Notes under the pieces: model-generated
What the model saw: only the letters and a program-made list of their open reading frames with translations
Databases searched by the model: none
What the model was told of the DNA's origin: nothing
In this document: piece after piece, positions 1-13,930 of the stretch
Layout of the letters: every line of letters starts with the position of its first letter
Position numbering within the stretch: position 1 is the first letter of the stretch
Source: Welwitschia mirabilis
Taxonomy: Eukaryota
Assembly: GCA_051453625.1 (NCBI GenBank)
Contig: JBOZIK010000001.1
Span: forward strand, 28,661,090 to 28,698,660
DNA length: 37,571 nt
Direction of reading: 5' to 3'
Translations under genes and position numbers: made by a program

Positions 1-2397
1 GGAAGAATTATATATTAAATAAATGGGTTAAATAAAGAGTATAATTAAAATGATTAATTAGTAGGAGAATTAATACATGTATACACATGGCATAATAGAA
101 GATTAAGAGCTTGAAAAAGTTATAAATAGAAAAAGGTATTACAAAAATATATACAGGCTTAAATTTATTAGATTAATTAGATTGATTAGTATTGGGTTGA
201 TGAAGTTGAGGAATATTAAGTTATAATTCCCAATTATTTTAGTTAGTGGACATAAGGGTTTAGAAGGATTATAAGGAAAAGCATATCCATATAAGTTGAA
301 ATATATAAAAATGACCTTTAATGAATAGCACATAGTAAAAATATGGCTTATGTGTTATTAGTTATTTACAAATGATTAATGTAAAAAATATGCATGAATA
401 AGATTTTGAGAGTTAGGAAATGCCTTGAATTATATTTTAGGGATAAATAAGGTGATAGGCTATATATANNNNNNNNNNNNNNNNNNNNNNNNNNNNNNNN
501 NNNNNNNNNNNNNNNNNNNNNNNNNNNNNNNNNNNNNNNNNNNNNNNNNNNNNNNNNNNNNNNNNNNNNNNNNNNNNNNNNNNNNNNNNNNNNNNNNNNN
601 NNNNNNNNNNNNNNNNNNNNNNNNNNNNNNNNNNNNNNNNNNNNNNNNNNNNNNNNNNNNNNNNNNNNNNNNNNNNNNNNNNNNNNNNNNNNNNNNNNNN
701 NNNNNNNNNNNNNNNNNNNNNNNNNNNNNNNNNNNNNNNNNNNNNNNNNNNNNNNNNNNNNNNNNNNNNNNNNNNNNNNNNNNNNNNNNNNNNNNNNNNN
801 NNNNNNNNNNNNNNNNNNNNNNNNNNNNNNNNNNNNNNNNNNNNNNNNNNNNNNNNNNNNNNNNNNNNNNNNNNNNNNNNNNNNNNNNNNNNNNNNNNNN
901 NNNNNNNNNNNNNNNNNNNNNNNNNNNNNNNNNNNNNNNNNNNNNNNNNNNNNNNNNNNNNNNNNNNNNNNNNNNNNNNNNNNNNNNNNNNNNNNNNNNN
1001 NNNNNNNNAAGTATACAATTATATAGGAAGTATAAATAAGGTGGTAAACCATAAAATTATATTAAAAGTATGAAATATATAATGTTGATAGAATAAAGAT
1101 AATAAATCCCTTATGATTGAAAGAGATGATTAATTTTAAGAATCTGATGGGAAAAATAATAGCTAATAGATGTAGGTTATAATGATGTGAGTAGGAATTT
1201 AAAACTCAATAGCCAACCTTCATATGTAATTAGGGCTAAGCCTTTAATTATGACAAGTCTATTAAACTGATATAGTCATTATAATAATAATAGTCATTAT
1301 AAGTAACCCTAATTCATAAGTCTTTGACTAATGAGCCTCATATGATTAGTAATAATAGTCTATGATAATGATATAAAATAAATTATATGGATGTAATAAC
1401 TATTTTATTAGCTATAACAGAAATATATGGTAAATACACAAGTAGTTATTAATATTCCTAGTCCTCCTAGACCTATCCATGAAAAATAAGTATTACAAGG
1501 ATTATAGTTAATAATACATGTTTACCTAAAAACATTAGTAGAATGATGATCTAAAATAATGATAATACAATAACATCCTTTCATAAGTACTAATAGAATT
1601 ATAGTAACATGGTTACCATAGTAAAATGATTATTAACTAGTATAATCTAAAGGCCTAACTATGATGATAATGAAAGTATAACCAGTTAAATAGAAATGAT
1701 GTTACAACTACTAAATTAACTTTCTTTAGAATCATATAGAATGGAATATAAAATATAAACTACTTAAACCTTAATGATAACTAATGATTAGTGATTTATA
1801 ATTATTATAATAATGTATAGAATATTATATGAGTTAAATAGTATTGAGGTATGATGATGGATAATAGTACTATGGCCCTATTCTTATGTGGGTCCATAAC
1901 ACATATAATATTTATCCACAATAATATTAATTTAAATACTAGAGCATGTAGTGGAAGCATAGAAAATTCTTATTAATAATTAGCAACAACTTAATGTATA
2001 AATGACTATTAAATAAAACATAATAGTTAACCATCCTTAACCATGATTAACTATGATATGATGATGATAACAAATAGAAGTGTCAAATAATGTAGTGGGA
2101 ATGGTAATTCAATAGATTAATTGAATTAGGTAGTGGAGTAATGATAATAGTTATTGAGATGGAAATTATTCTTAAATTAATAACCAAATGAAATACACCT
2201 AACTTATGGTAATGATATTGATGGATAGATTATGATTCTAATATTCGCTTAATTTACTAATGATGATATGACTCAAGTAATTTAAGGATGTATGTAATTA
2301 AATAAAAATGGAGTAGATAATGATTAATATAGTCCTAAGTAACAAAGTTGACTTATGATAAAGCATAATACACCTGTGATGGAGATAGATGAAAATG

Positions 2398-3098
2398 ATA
2401 TATATATATATANNNNNNNNNNNNNNNNNNNNNNNNNNNNNNNNNNNNNNNNNNNNNNNNNNNNNNNNNNNNNNNNNNNNNNNNNNNNNNNNNNNNNNNN
2501 NNNNNNNNNNNNNNNNNNNNNNNNNNNNNNNNNNNNNNNNNNNNNNNNNNNNNNNNNNNNNNNNNNNNNNNNNNNNNNNNNNNNNNNNNNNNNNNNNNNN
2601 NNNNNNNNNNNNNNNNNNNNNNNNNNNNNNNNNNNNNNNNNNNNNNNNNNNNNNNNNNNNNNNNNNNNNNNNNNNNNNNNNNNNNNNNNNNNNNNNNNNN
2701 NNNNNNNNNNNNNNNNNNNNNNNNNNNNNNNNNNNNNNNNNNNNNNNNNNNNNNNNNNNNNNNNNNNNNNNNNNNNNNNNNNNNNNNNNNNNNNNNNNNN
2801 NNNNNNNNNNNNNNNNNNNNNNNNNNNNNNNNNNNNNNNNNNNNNNNNNNNNNNNNNNNNNNNNNNNNNNNNNNNNNNNNNNNNNNNNNNNNNNNNNNNN
2901 NNNNNNNNNNNNNNNNNNNNNNNNNNNNNNNNNNNNNNNNNNNNNNNNNNNNNNNNNNNNNNNNNNNNNNNNNNNNNNNNNNNNNNNNNNNNNNNNNNNN
3001 NNNNNNNNNNNNNNNNNNNNNNNNNNNNNNNNNNNNNNNNNNNNNNNNNNNNNNNNNNNNNNNNNNNNNNNNNNNNNNNNNNNNNNNNNATCTATACA

Positions 3099-3124
<26 letters not shown>
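2398..3124. repeat. (TA)n microsatellite flanking assembly gap 2413-3089
   Basis: TA runs at 2398-2412 and 3099-3124 on both sides of the N run; a short TA run (461-468) also precedes gap 469-1008. Confidence 0.85.
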
Positions 3125-3129
<5 letters not shown>

Positions 3130-4339
3130 TTTTATTCTAGATTCTTATTTTTTTACTTGATTGTCAATCATCTATAATAGGTATTAATTGATTTAGTCTT
3201 AATTCAGTGGCATACAAGCATATAGATTTGGTATTTTTTATCTAATAAATATTATCTATCTATGTATACTTAATATGATTAGTAAAATGAATTGTGTAGC
3301 ATGTCCTAGCCTTTAAAAAGATAGCCTTTAAGGAAGGCATATGTATGGATGATATATGATTAAAGATAGAACTTCATGACTAAGAGTCATGAGTTACCCT
3401 GAGATGGATGTGCTCTAATAAGGAGCACATATATGATTGATCTATGTGATGTGATTTGGATGACTGATTAGTGAAATATCGAATACAGAACTGATAGGTC
3501 ATGTTTTACCCAGTGGTGTATAGTCCTCATGCAAGATGTAATTATATAGTCAATCTATAGATGATGGTATGATTTAGATGGATAATCTACTTAATAAGGA
3601 GATATGTGATAGCCTAGTGGAGTAAACACCCAAGTATGAGATTGATTTACGTAACCATTATACAGTTGAACTAGCTTATGATATATAATTTGAGAGGTCA
3701 TGACCTTATAGTAAGCGTCAATAAATCATTAGATTATAGCTTAATGGGATACTTGATTAGATATTTTCTATATTTTATATGGTTATACATTATATGATGC
3801 TTTTATAAGAGTTTTTATGGATTTTTTTAATTAAAGCTAGCTTCTCGTTAGCTTTTTTTCTCATTAATACGAACCATCTTGATCCACATTATAACTATGT
3901 GTACTAGTGGTGATAAAAATAGGGCTTAAGACATAAATACATGTGGTTTAAGTCCCTCTAAATGAGGATATGTAAGTCTAGTTCTTTGCTATAGGTCAAT
4001 AAACCATGTAACCATGACACACAAACTTTTATTGTGTGTTTCATATTCTATAATTCATATTACATCTTATACACTTTTATTGTATCTTTCTTATTATGAC
4101 TTCATAGTGTTAATATACATTCCTAATTAATGTTTCTAAATGTTCTAAAAATTAGAATGTAATCTATAAGATAAGATATTATCATAAAGGTCTCCTAAGG
4201 GATAGCCTATGGGATGTGGAGAGTATGTTTTAGTTTAATGTAATTAATCCATTATATTAGTTAATTAAGTAATTAATTAATAATTAAAAATTAAAAAAAT
4301 TCAACTGTAATTTATGTGTAAAATTAAGTGTAAGACAAA

Positions 4340-4655
4340 GATAAAGTATGAAGTAGACCAAAAAAAAAAGGAAAAGATGGAAGAGAAAAGGGGAGGAAGA
4401 GTGAGAAAATAGGAAAGAAAAGAGAGGTGGAGGAGAAGAAGAGAGAAGATAAGAGATACTAAGAAAAAATGAGAAAAGATAAATAAGAAAGTAGAGAAAA
4501 GAAGAAAGAATGGAAAGAGGAAAAATTAGGTGAAACAGATGGAGAAGAGAGAAGAAAGAGATTAGAAGAAGGAAAGAGTAAGAAGGAGGAAGAAAAAAAG
4601 GAAAAAGGGAAAAGTAGTAATGAAAGGAAAGAATGGTAGTAGAGGAGGGAGGTGA
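4340..4655 (+). repeat. Low-complexity purine-rich (GA/AAG) tract
   Basis: About 300 bp almost entirely A/G on the + strand (e.g. gaagagaaaaggggaggaagagtgagaaaa), with no fixed unit. Confidence 0.8.
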
Positions 4656-4739
4656 TTAGGGTCCCTTAGATACCATGGATTGTGTTGCTGCATGATAATA
4701 GTTTTTCCATTTAATTATTTTTTATAAATGTAATATAGT

Positions 4740-7020
4740 GCCTTTTGAACTAGATATTTTTCCAACTATTAGATTTTCATATTAACAAAAAGGACCTTCC
4801 TTTTTATGAAATAGTTCATGTTTGAATTTCTTCTATAGATGTTTGAAATGTTCTCTATTCTTTCTAGTAAAGAATTCATACATGCTTTCATTATATAAAA
4901 TTTTAACTTTCATGTGAACAAATCTTCAAATTCATATAGTTATTTCAATAACAGTAACATTTCCAATAAATAAATAAATTTTTGAGGTAAATAATTTGAA
5001 GAAATATATTACTAATAATATATTGATAAAAGAGAAAGTGAGAAATGTAGAGACCAAAATATTTCTTTTAAATAAATAATTAAATTTTATCTAAGTGTTA
5101 CAAAGCATAATATAACATTATTTTTGGGTTAAAAAAATTTAGAATATATTTGAATATTCATAAAATCATTTTAAATGAAAATGTATTCTTATAAAATTAT
5201 TAAAGAAATATAGAAGAATATTTATAACATAATAATAAATATAGATTAGTTATTAAAAAATAATAATAATCTAATATCTTTATATTTTTAAATAGAATAG
5301 TTGTAAATGAATTATAGATGTCAAATGAGAAAATACAAAGAAAAATATTGTTTTAATTGATTTATAGACAATAGACCCTAGTATAATTATTCTATTAATT
5401 TATGTACATTTTCATCCCTCGACATCCCCTAATAAATATTATTAATAAGCAAATAAAAAATATTAAAAAAGGAAAATAAACTTAAGAAAATACTATAAGT
5501 ATCTTACTGAAGATCTTTCTTATAAAGATATAATTGAAAAAGTAAAGGTATGAAAATATTATGGTTCTATGATTTGAAGTGATAAAGTTAAAAACAAAGG
5601 AAATCATTCCTCCATGTCATAATGGAAATATTATGGATGGGATTTAAAGTGTTGTAATGATACCTCAATATTTAATTATTTTTTAAGATTTAATTATTTA
5701 ATTATATATAAGTTTATGATTATGTCTTCCTTGTTGAAATGGAATAGATATTTAAATTAATTAATTTAGTATCAAATATAATATTTATATGGAAGATGAT
5801 TCATTACTTTAGTTTGTATCTATTGTTTATCATCTATGAATGAATGATTTTCATAAACTTCTTATATTAAAATTTTTCAAGATTTGTTAATTTTACTATA
5901 GTTGATAATAATTGCAATGGTATTCTTTACAATTATTTAAAAAAAGTATTGGAATTTTTTATTTCTTAACAAATAAAATTTTTAAAGATATATGAATAAT
6001 TATCCTTTGATGAAAATTCAAATAAAAAATAATTCTATCAAGACTTGGAGTAATAAAAAAATTGGTTTTATTTAATTCTTACAACTTTAGATAAATTCAT
6101 TATGAACATATTTTCTCTTAGCTTTTTGACATTCTAAAAATAAAACTATTATTTATATTAGTTTAGATCATTAATTAATTCTTCTTAATACCCATACTAA
6201 TCAAATTAATAATTGAGTTTAAGTTAGATGGATAATTGATTTTAATTTCTTCATCTTAACAACAAAATTAGATATGATATGATATTGAAGTCAAGGGTCC
6301 AAATAAATTTAAGATGTGATAGAAGCTAATTAATGTTAATGAGATAAATTATTTAAGACTAGATTTAGAAAGATAAATGGATAAATGATATTAGATAATA
6401 AATAAAGAAAATTATTTCAATGTCTTTAACCTTTACAAAAGTGAAACTTTTATTATTACTTAAAAAGATAAATATTCATGGGATTAAAGAAGATAATGTA
6501 AATTATAAAATTTATACTATGTCTACTATAAATAAAAATACTCTTAGTTTAATTTCTTGACTTGAACAAAACTAGCATATTTATCATAGTGATAATATGT
6601 AAAAATTTACTATGCAATATTACAAAAATTTGTTAGTGAATTTAAAATAAATGAATTTGATTAATCTTATGTGTTTTACAAGTAAACATCTAAAATATGA
6701 TAAATTATACTTTTTTAAAATTATTATGAATTATATAAATAAGGTTTTATTTGAAATAACTCCTAAGTAGTCTTTAGGCCAAGACATTTTCTTAGACACT
6801 ATGTAAAATTAGTAAATGTAATGAGATACTTACATATTTTTTAGAAGTATAATTAAACACTTAAATGTAGGAAAGAAAAGTAAACACATAATATTTTCCA
6901 ATAAAGTAGCATCAAAGAAAATAAATGCATATATTTAGTTTAAAAAATTGGATATAGTTTCTTATTAATAGAATTCTAAAACTAGTATATACTAATATTA
7001 CATCTAAATAGGCACACCTC
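4740..7020 (+). mobile_element. Degenerate non-LTR retrotransposon (L1-type LINE): possible ORF1 remnant plus ORF2 APE endonuclease and start of RT
   Basis: Motifs in L1 ORF2 order, through stops and frameshifts: TLVCIYC (~5806; lvnIYaP-like), TWSN (6043-6054), LDKFIMN (6087; rLDrF), SLDH*LIL (~6160; SDH), QYYKNLL (~6615), INKVLFEITPK*SLGQDIF (6735-6791; Ei..alf.m..KsPGpDGf), then an lknW-like remnant near 6940. QKGPSF near 4790 weakly resembles the ORF1 gPW.f motif. Boundaries approximate. Confidence 0.7.
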
Positions 7021-7204
7021 AAATGATATATGATAAAATTTATATATTATATAAATTTAAAAATCTTACTAAAATAAATATTAAAATTTATTTTATTTCA
7101 TTAGGAGTGATTTGACTTAATTAATTAATATTAGTTTATTGGTTTGGAAGTTTATTAAAGAGTTTGAAAGTTTCTTTTATTACAATAAAATTATATAAGG
7201 CATA

Positions 7205-7571
7205 TGTTAAAGATGAAATATATTATCAGGAATGTGTTTCATGTTTTATTATTTCATTGTTTCATTCAGCTAATCCTCTTCCTCAAACTTATAATTCTTT
7301 ATCTCTAATTTGTAGACTAAAACTTGCTTTCTCTAAATGACTTTCTTAATTTATTTTTTATTTTCCATTTTATATTATGTAATAAGTTTTGAGAAATTCT
7401 TCTAAAGTAGAGTTTCCTAATATAGAGGAATTTGGTATGCTTAATTTTTCATGAAATATTAGATTATTTATGGTTTTAATTCTACTCTAATTATTATAAT
7501 TAGTAGAACTAGAATATGATCTTGTTTTTTTAGGTTTCTTTGGTTTTGATGATTTATTTTATCTCATAACA
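7205..7571 (+). repeat. Copia 5' LTR (367 bp)
   Basis: Starts TGTTA (7205) and ends TAACA (7571), a perfect 5-bp terminal inverted repeat, directly upstream of a PBS-like site and copia coding remnants. No second LTR in the window to confirm it. Confidence 0.6.
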
Positions 7572-7583
7572 TAAGGTATAAGC
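7572..7583 (+). promoter_or_regulatory. Degenerate tRNA-iMet primer binding site of the copia element
   Basis: taaggtataagc immediately after the ...AACA end resembles TGGTATCAGAGC. Confidence 0.4.
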
Positions 7584-10123
7584 TGTAATGTATTCTTTTT
7601 AAAAAGAGAAAATCATAGTTATCTTCTATTTCTAGGTTAACCAAGAAATAGTATCTTCATTAAAGTTTTTAATGTGACCTATGATAAAACTGTTATATTA
7701 GTTATAGCCTAATATAAATCTACATAGAGAACCTTTATATTTTTTGAATTCTTTAATAAATTAATTTATCATACACAATACCCTTTTTTTTAAATTCAAA
7801 CATCCATAAAATAAAAAAATAAACAAGGAAAATAAAGAAAAATGGGTATATAAGAAAAACAATTTCATGATTGAAATCATAATTGATGATGTGGTTAATT
7901 ATAATGAATTTTAATAATTAGTGATGAAACATGATTTGTAATCTCAGAAGCATCAAATTATATAACAAGTAATAAGAAATAATTCATGAAGCATATGATA
8001 ACCATTTATTGCCTCATGAGTTATGTAATAATTAGAGATAAAACAAAGGTAGAAGTAGCATAGATCAAAACTATGTAATTGTTCTATTTCACCTTAATAA
8101 ATATCTAATATATTGTAAAATTTATAATGAATTTGATATTTATTTATTCTCTAATCCATGATTGTTATGAATTAACATTTTTTAAAATGAAAGATCAATT
8201 ACATTTCATAACAAAAAATGAAAAGTAATAAATTATGATAATGGAAATTTTTAGTTACATGTGAAAAGAGCAAATAATAATGCCTTTTGAACAATAGAAA
8301 TAGATGAAGTAAAGATTTACTTATAGAGATTAGGGAACATAAACTTTTAATTTTTATGAAACTACACCAAGTAAGTGATGAAATTCCAAATTTTAAAACG
8401 AAATAATTTGTTCATAAAGCTTATTAGATGGATGAAATACATCAAACTTTAAGACCAAAATAGCTATAAAACTTAAATTAATCTAAAGTGAATTGTATGA
8501 AATTGTGTAAATTCCATATATAAAATGATAAAACTAGTTCCTTGCCTTTACTAATGATTATAGTGGAATGATTTTCATATGTTTTCTATGAAAACAAGTT
8601 CCAAGTTCTTAATAATTTTAAAGGATTTTGTGTAGTTTCAAAAAATAGATGGATTCATAAATCAAAAATATTAACAAAAATTTTGTAGAAGAATACATCT
8701 CAAATGGTTTTTATAATGGAAATGAAAATGATGAAATTCAACATGAATAAGTTTCAACTTATAGATTTAATCTTAATAGAGTGGCTAAAAGAAAAAATAC
8801 AACCATCATAAAAATGATATAACACATGTTGTACAACTTACGTATTCCTTTATTTACATGAATAAAACCTATTAAAATAGATAGTTACCTTTAAAATAGA
8901 TAGTTTATTAATGATATGAATAAACATATACCTATAAAAAAGTGGTTTAATGAAGTAATACAAAGCAATTAGATATGGACTTTTGGAAGAAAATTTATTG
9001 TGTAGATGTGTCAATCATAAAACAAATTATAGATCAAGATAAAAATCTATTTTATTATAGATTATTAAAATGAAAATAATGCCTATTAAGTATGGAACTT
9101 ATCACTTAAAATGATCATTAACTTTAGAGAGATTGTTTTCAATGAAATAATAAAAAATAATAATCTTATTTAAACCACATCTTTCAATGATCTAATTATA
9201 AGAAAGGAGGATATACTAAGATCTATATTTAGACCTTTATATGAAATCCTTAATGAAGTTATAAAATAATAATTTGATTAATTTGATAAGTACAAAGTCA
9301 TGATCCAAAATCTAGATGAACCATAATTTTCAATATCAAATGCTTAAACTATGAATAATGATCACAGTTATAATAGAGAGTAAGTTGATTGAGTCTAATA
9401 GGATGATAATAAAAAATAATAATACCTCAAATCATAAATGAAAATGTTATTTTAGATAAGAAAAATTTATAGTTCATTACATAAAGATGAATGAAATTTT
9501 GTAAAAGAAAATTCAAATTAAACCATATAAATTTGAAAAGAATTTATTTGTATTAATGAGGAAAAAATGATATAAACTTAGCTATTATGAAATAAGTTAT
9601 TGAAAATCCAAAGAAAAAGATAAAAATGTAGAAAGAAAATGAAATTCTTATGAATAGTAAAAATTAGAATTTATCTAAAGTAATAAAGAAGCCAATTTAG
9701 TGTTCATGCTAATTGTAATTAAGACAGTACATCTAATAAAGAAAGTATTTTAATCAAATGCTTCACGTAAAATAAAGAAATTATCTAAATCAAGAAAATG
9801 CATTCATACAAAAAATTTATATTATCCAAATAATTATTTTTTAAATGTAATATATATGTATGCCATTTATCTTAGCTTACTGTTAAATTTCCATTTCTAA
9901 ATGAAGATTTTGAAGAGTAAACATATATAAGTAAAAGTAAAGGATATTAAAATAAGGAATATAAAATAAAATTTTATAGATAAAAAGTTCCTTTATGGCC
10001 TAAATTAAATTCATAAAATATGGTTTTAGAAGAGTGATGAATCCTCTAATATATAGATATAAAACTTTATCTAAAATTAAAAGGCAAAAATAAATTACCT
10101 ATAATATTGTTAGTTTAGGTGGG

Positions 10124-11183
10124 TGATGCACTATGGAATTGTATGTATTTTATTTGGTTTTGAGCTATTTTATGGGATATTTATATAGGATTAGATGTAA
10201 TTATGAGGATTATGGAGAATTAATAGAAGATCTTATGAAATTATTGACATGATTAAAGGCTTTTAAGGCATATTCTAATACACATGTCTTTGGAGGAAGA
10301 TCACTGATAAGAAAGACTAGCTTCTCTTAAGTTAAAAAGATAAGGAAGATTTTAACTCCCTCTGTCATTTCCACAATAGGTAGGATGATGATAAATTGGA
10401 TGCTAATATGTACTAGGGCTAGCACTACTGAGTTACTACTGAGTCATCTTATGCAAAGGGCTATTGTTCCCATGGTCATCCCAATGACATGTAAGATGAC
10501 AATTGTAACATCTAACTCATTGTCCCCCTTGGTTATTCCCATGATTTCTAGAATGACACTATAACAACAAATCAATATTTGACCATTTCATTTGTTTATT
10601 TTCTATAATTGAGCATGTTTTGTAGTGCCTTTTGTGTGTTGGTTTTGTTTCTCAATCCTATAAATAAGATACTATTTAACTCTTCTCTCAATCTTCAATG
10701 CATTAAAAATTCTCATGATAGGAGATTGAAGGGTAGAAGATCCATCTTAAGAGTTGTAGAAAGATGTTGCCTTGGTAAAGGGCTATGCATTCTCCATTAA
10801 GACTCTATTGTTTTGTAGCCCAGATGCTATTTTCATTTAATATAAAACTTTATTTTCATTTATGCATTTAGTTTTGTTAGATGTTCCTTATATTATATGT
10901 TACCTTTGATCCTATGCAAGTTTGATTCGTAATATAGCTCTTAAGGATAGCCTTTATCAAGGCTAAAAGCAAATAGTATTAGGATCATTTTGCATTTTAT
11001 TTAGACATAGCTGCATTTGCATTTGCATCAGATCTTTATTTTTGCATTATCCTTTAATTTTAATTATCATATTTTTTTAGAAAATTAATCCTTATTCTCC
11101 TCTCATAAGTCTTCAATGATATATAATATTTGGATCACTCTTATTCATACTAGAGTGTGTATGTAAAAATATGCACTACAACA
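10124..11183 (+). repeat. 5' LTR of element B (~1.06 kb)
   Basis: Right end fixed by AACA plus PBS; left end by the abrupt end of the copia RT frame at a TG. Confidence 0.65.
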
Positions 11184-11186
11184 TCT

Positions 11187-11204
11187 TGGTGTCATTACTC
11201 GGGA
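11187..11204 (+). promoter_or_regulatory. Degenerate tRNA-Asp primer binding site, element B
   Basis: tggtgtcattactcggga versus TGGCGCCGTTGCCGGGGA: 12/18 matches, 5 of 6 mismatches are C>T or G>A. Confidence 0.75.
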
Positions 11205-11848
11205 AGGCTATTGAGGAGCATGAGGATTGTCATTATTTAAGTGAGTAAATTGAATATCTATTTGATTATTTATCTATAGTGATGTTGTATTTTTAATTAG
11301 TAATTTTTGGTTTTAAGTTTTTATTTTTTAAATCTTTGATTTGTAATCTTTGATTTTTTGTAGTCTATAGTAACAAATGTCATCCTTTTTGTCATCCTCA
11401 TGACAAGGTGGATGACCACTCAGTTTCTATTTTTGGCCTTCTATTTAGTAATTCCATTTTCTCCATTATCATCCACATGATATAGAGGATAACAATCTAT
11501 GTGTTTTCTATTTTTGGCTTTTATTTTTTCCCCTATTAAATTTTTGTTATGTTTGTCATTTTCTCTATCGTCTCCATAATAGTTAGGATGACTATTTATT
11601 ATTTTTTATTTCATTTTATGCTATTTTTTATTTTTAGGATGTTATAACATGGTTAGTTCAAAAAAGAAATATCAGAGAGAAAGGCTATTAATATAAAAGA
11701 ACATCAAAGAAGGACTAGCAAAACCCAAAATCAAATTGAAAAAACAATCTTCAGGTATATATAATATTTCTTTTGAATTTATTTTTTCTAAATATGATTC
11801 CATTCAAGAAAAGTTTTAGAAGATAATCTAGAAGAAGGTAACTTTACA

Positions 11849-13930
11849 ATGTTGAGTGCTATACAAAAAAAAAAAAAAAAAGTTGTAGGATCTTCAACAA
11901 CTAGTCCTAATGTAAACCTTATCCTAAGAAAATTACTAGTAAATATAAAACAAGAAATTAAAACTCCTTTCGATTTACTCCAAGCAGATGATGTTGAGTT
12001 AAAAAACCTAAATGCCTATCTAATCTTTAATGATGAATATGATGAGGAGTAGTGATCAAACATACATGGTTATTTTTCCCATGACATTCAAGGAAAGAGA
12101 AAAACTTTGGCTCAAAACTATACCTCACAAAAGTTTAAAGTCTTAGAATTAAGTCTAGGCAGCCTTCATTAAAATATTCATAAGTGAAGCAACCATTAAA
12201 AAAAGAAAAGAGGAAGTAACAATCTTTCAATAACAACCAAATGGAAATTATGCTTATACATATGAATGCTTCTTTATAGCAACTCACTCTAATCTAGTAG
12301 ATGCTTTTACATAGGAAGAACTAGTTAACTACTTTTATAGTGGGCTAAATCATGAAATAAAATAACTTGTAGACTTTTCTTGTGATGGAAGTCTTATGAA
12401 CTTCACATTAAAAAAAAGCTTGAAAAAGTTAGAATAACTTGGAGAGGTAAGCTAGACTTAGCCAATAACAAAAGATAACTACATTGTCAGAGAAATCCTC
12501 AAAGATTTAAAATAGATTAAACAAGAAAATGAGGTTGAAGGCAACCCTATAAAATTGATTAGAGATTTTACAAAAACTCTAGAGAAGTAAACTAAAATGG
12601 TCTTAGATGCTAAATCAATAATTAAGAAGAATTTTATGCTAACATGTGACTTATGTAAGGACAATTATCACATTACCAAGGATTATCCATTATTATCAAC
12701 ATACAAAAATAAAATACATGAAGAAGTTTTCACTTTTAATTAAAAATTTCAAACTTTAAAAATCAAAATTAGGAACAACCTAGGTTGAATACATATTTTC
12801 AAAACAATTTTCAACCTTTTAAAAACTGATTTGAAAATTCAAACTTTCAACTCATTCCATCAAGTTTCCAACATCAAGATGATTCTCTTCAAAACTATAT
12901 TTATTAACTTATAAAATTACAAGAGAAACAAAGTGCCAACATTGATAACTTAGTAAACATTCTTCAACAAACCATGTTAGCAAATCAAAGACCATAAGGA
13001 TTAGTAGCAATACAATCTCTTCTGAATTATAATAAAGTAAGGAAAAACTATAAGGTTGTAAAACAAAGTGAACATGGATTAAATCCTCATCCTTATAAAT
13101 CATAAAGCTCCCAAAATGATACTTGATATGATAAGGATGAAGAGTACGTTGAAATATTAAAATATTATAACTTCTCTTATCTTAGTAAAAGTAAAAATAA
13201 AAATTCTTGACAAAAGCAAATTCTAATTTAACATTCAATAAACATTTCAAAGACTTAATGAAAAACATAAGTATAAACTTAGCTTATGTAAACTTTTACA
13301 ACAAAATTTAGGGTACTTAAAGCTATGGAAAGACTTAACAAGAAGAAAATAAAAATGAGTTATCCTTAGAAAAGTATTTTTAACTTAATCCCTTGTGAGT
13401 TTAGTGTTATAAAAATCTTAAAAATTTAAAGATCTAGGGGAAACAATAGTTAGTACTACATTAGAGGGAAACAAAAATATCAAGAGAGCTTTAATTGATA
13501 TTGGAGAAATTGTTAACATAATGTCATTATACATTTGCAAAATACTAGGTCTAAAAGGTAGAATAGATCCTACTTAGATTCTTTTAGAATTAGCAAATAC
13601 TTTGATTAAAAGCACTTAGGGATCATCAAAGATTTAGTGATCTAAATTGAAGAGGCCTGCTACCTAATAGATGTAGTTATCATAGAAGTTAAAGATAAAA
13701 GAGGGTATCCATTACTTCTAGGACTAGCCTTCTATGTAACATACCATTATATTATTAACACAAGAGCTAGGATGATGGAGTATCATCTAGGAAATAAAAA
13801 ATTTGCAATTAGAGTTTTTAATATAGCTAAAAAATATCTAGGTGATGAAATGAACATAGAAAGTAAAATCAAACCAACTTTATTCCTTCAACATTGTCCT
13901 GTTGAAGAAAGAGGACTGACATTGATTCTT
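11849..13930 (+). pseudogene. gag-protease pseudogene of element B
   Basis: Includes track ORF 11849-12052; retrotransposon gag motif FPMTF..R.KLWLKTIPHKSLKS* (~12075-12150); aspartic protease motif ALIDIG; multiple stops and frameshifts. Confidence 0.8.

Larger units (their letters stand above)
7205..10123 (+). mobile_element. Degenerate Ty1/copia LTR retrotransposon, 3'-truncated at the RT catalytic motif
   Basis: Domain order PR-INT-RT is diagnostic of copia. Protease *FVISEASNYITS (~7933; WxxDSGASxHmT); RLG near 8325; integrase FLAFTNDYS (~8540) and NRVAKRKNTTI (~8775; NGVAERKNRT); RT FLNEDFEE (~9895), KFLYGLN* (~9985) and DIKLYLKLKGKNKLPIILLV*VGD (10058-10127; YVDD). Many stops. Confidence 0.9.

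Noticed and set aside
4664..4677. Possible minus-strand tRNA-iMet PBS (ccttagatacca followed by tg)
   Set aside because: Only 9/12 match, with no supporting LTR pair or minus-strand gag; the adjacent sequence fits a + strand LINE better.
6280..6315. EVKGP resembling a VRR-NUC nuclease motif
   Set aside because: Five residues only, lying between the LINE endonuclease and RT motifs; chance match.
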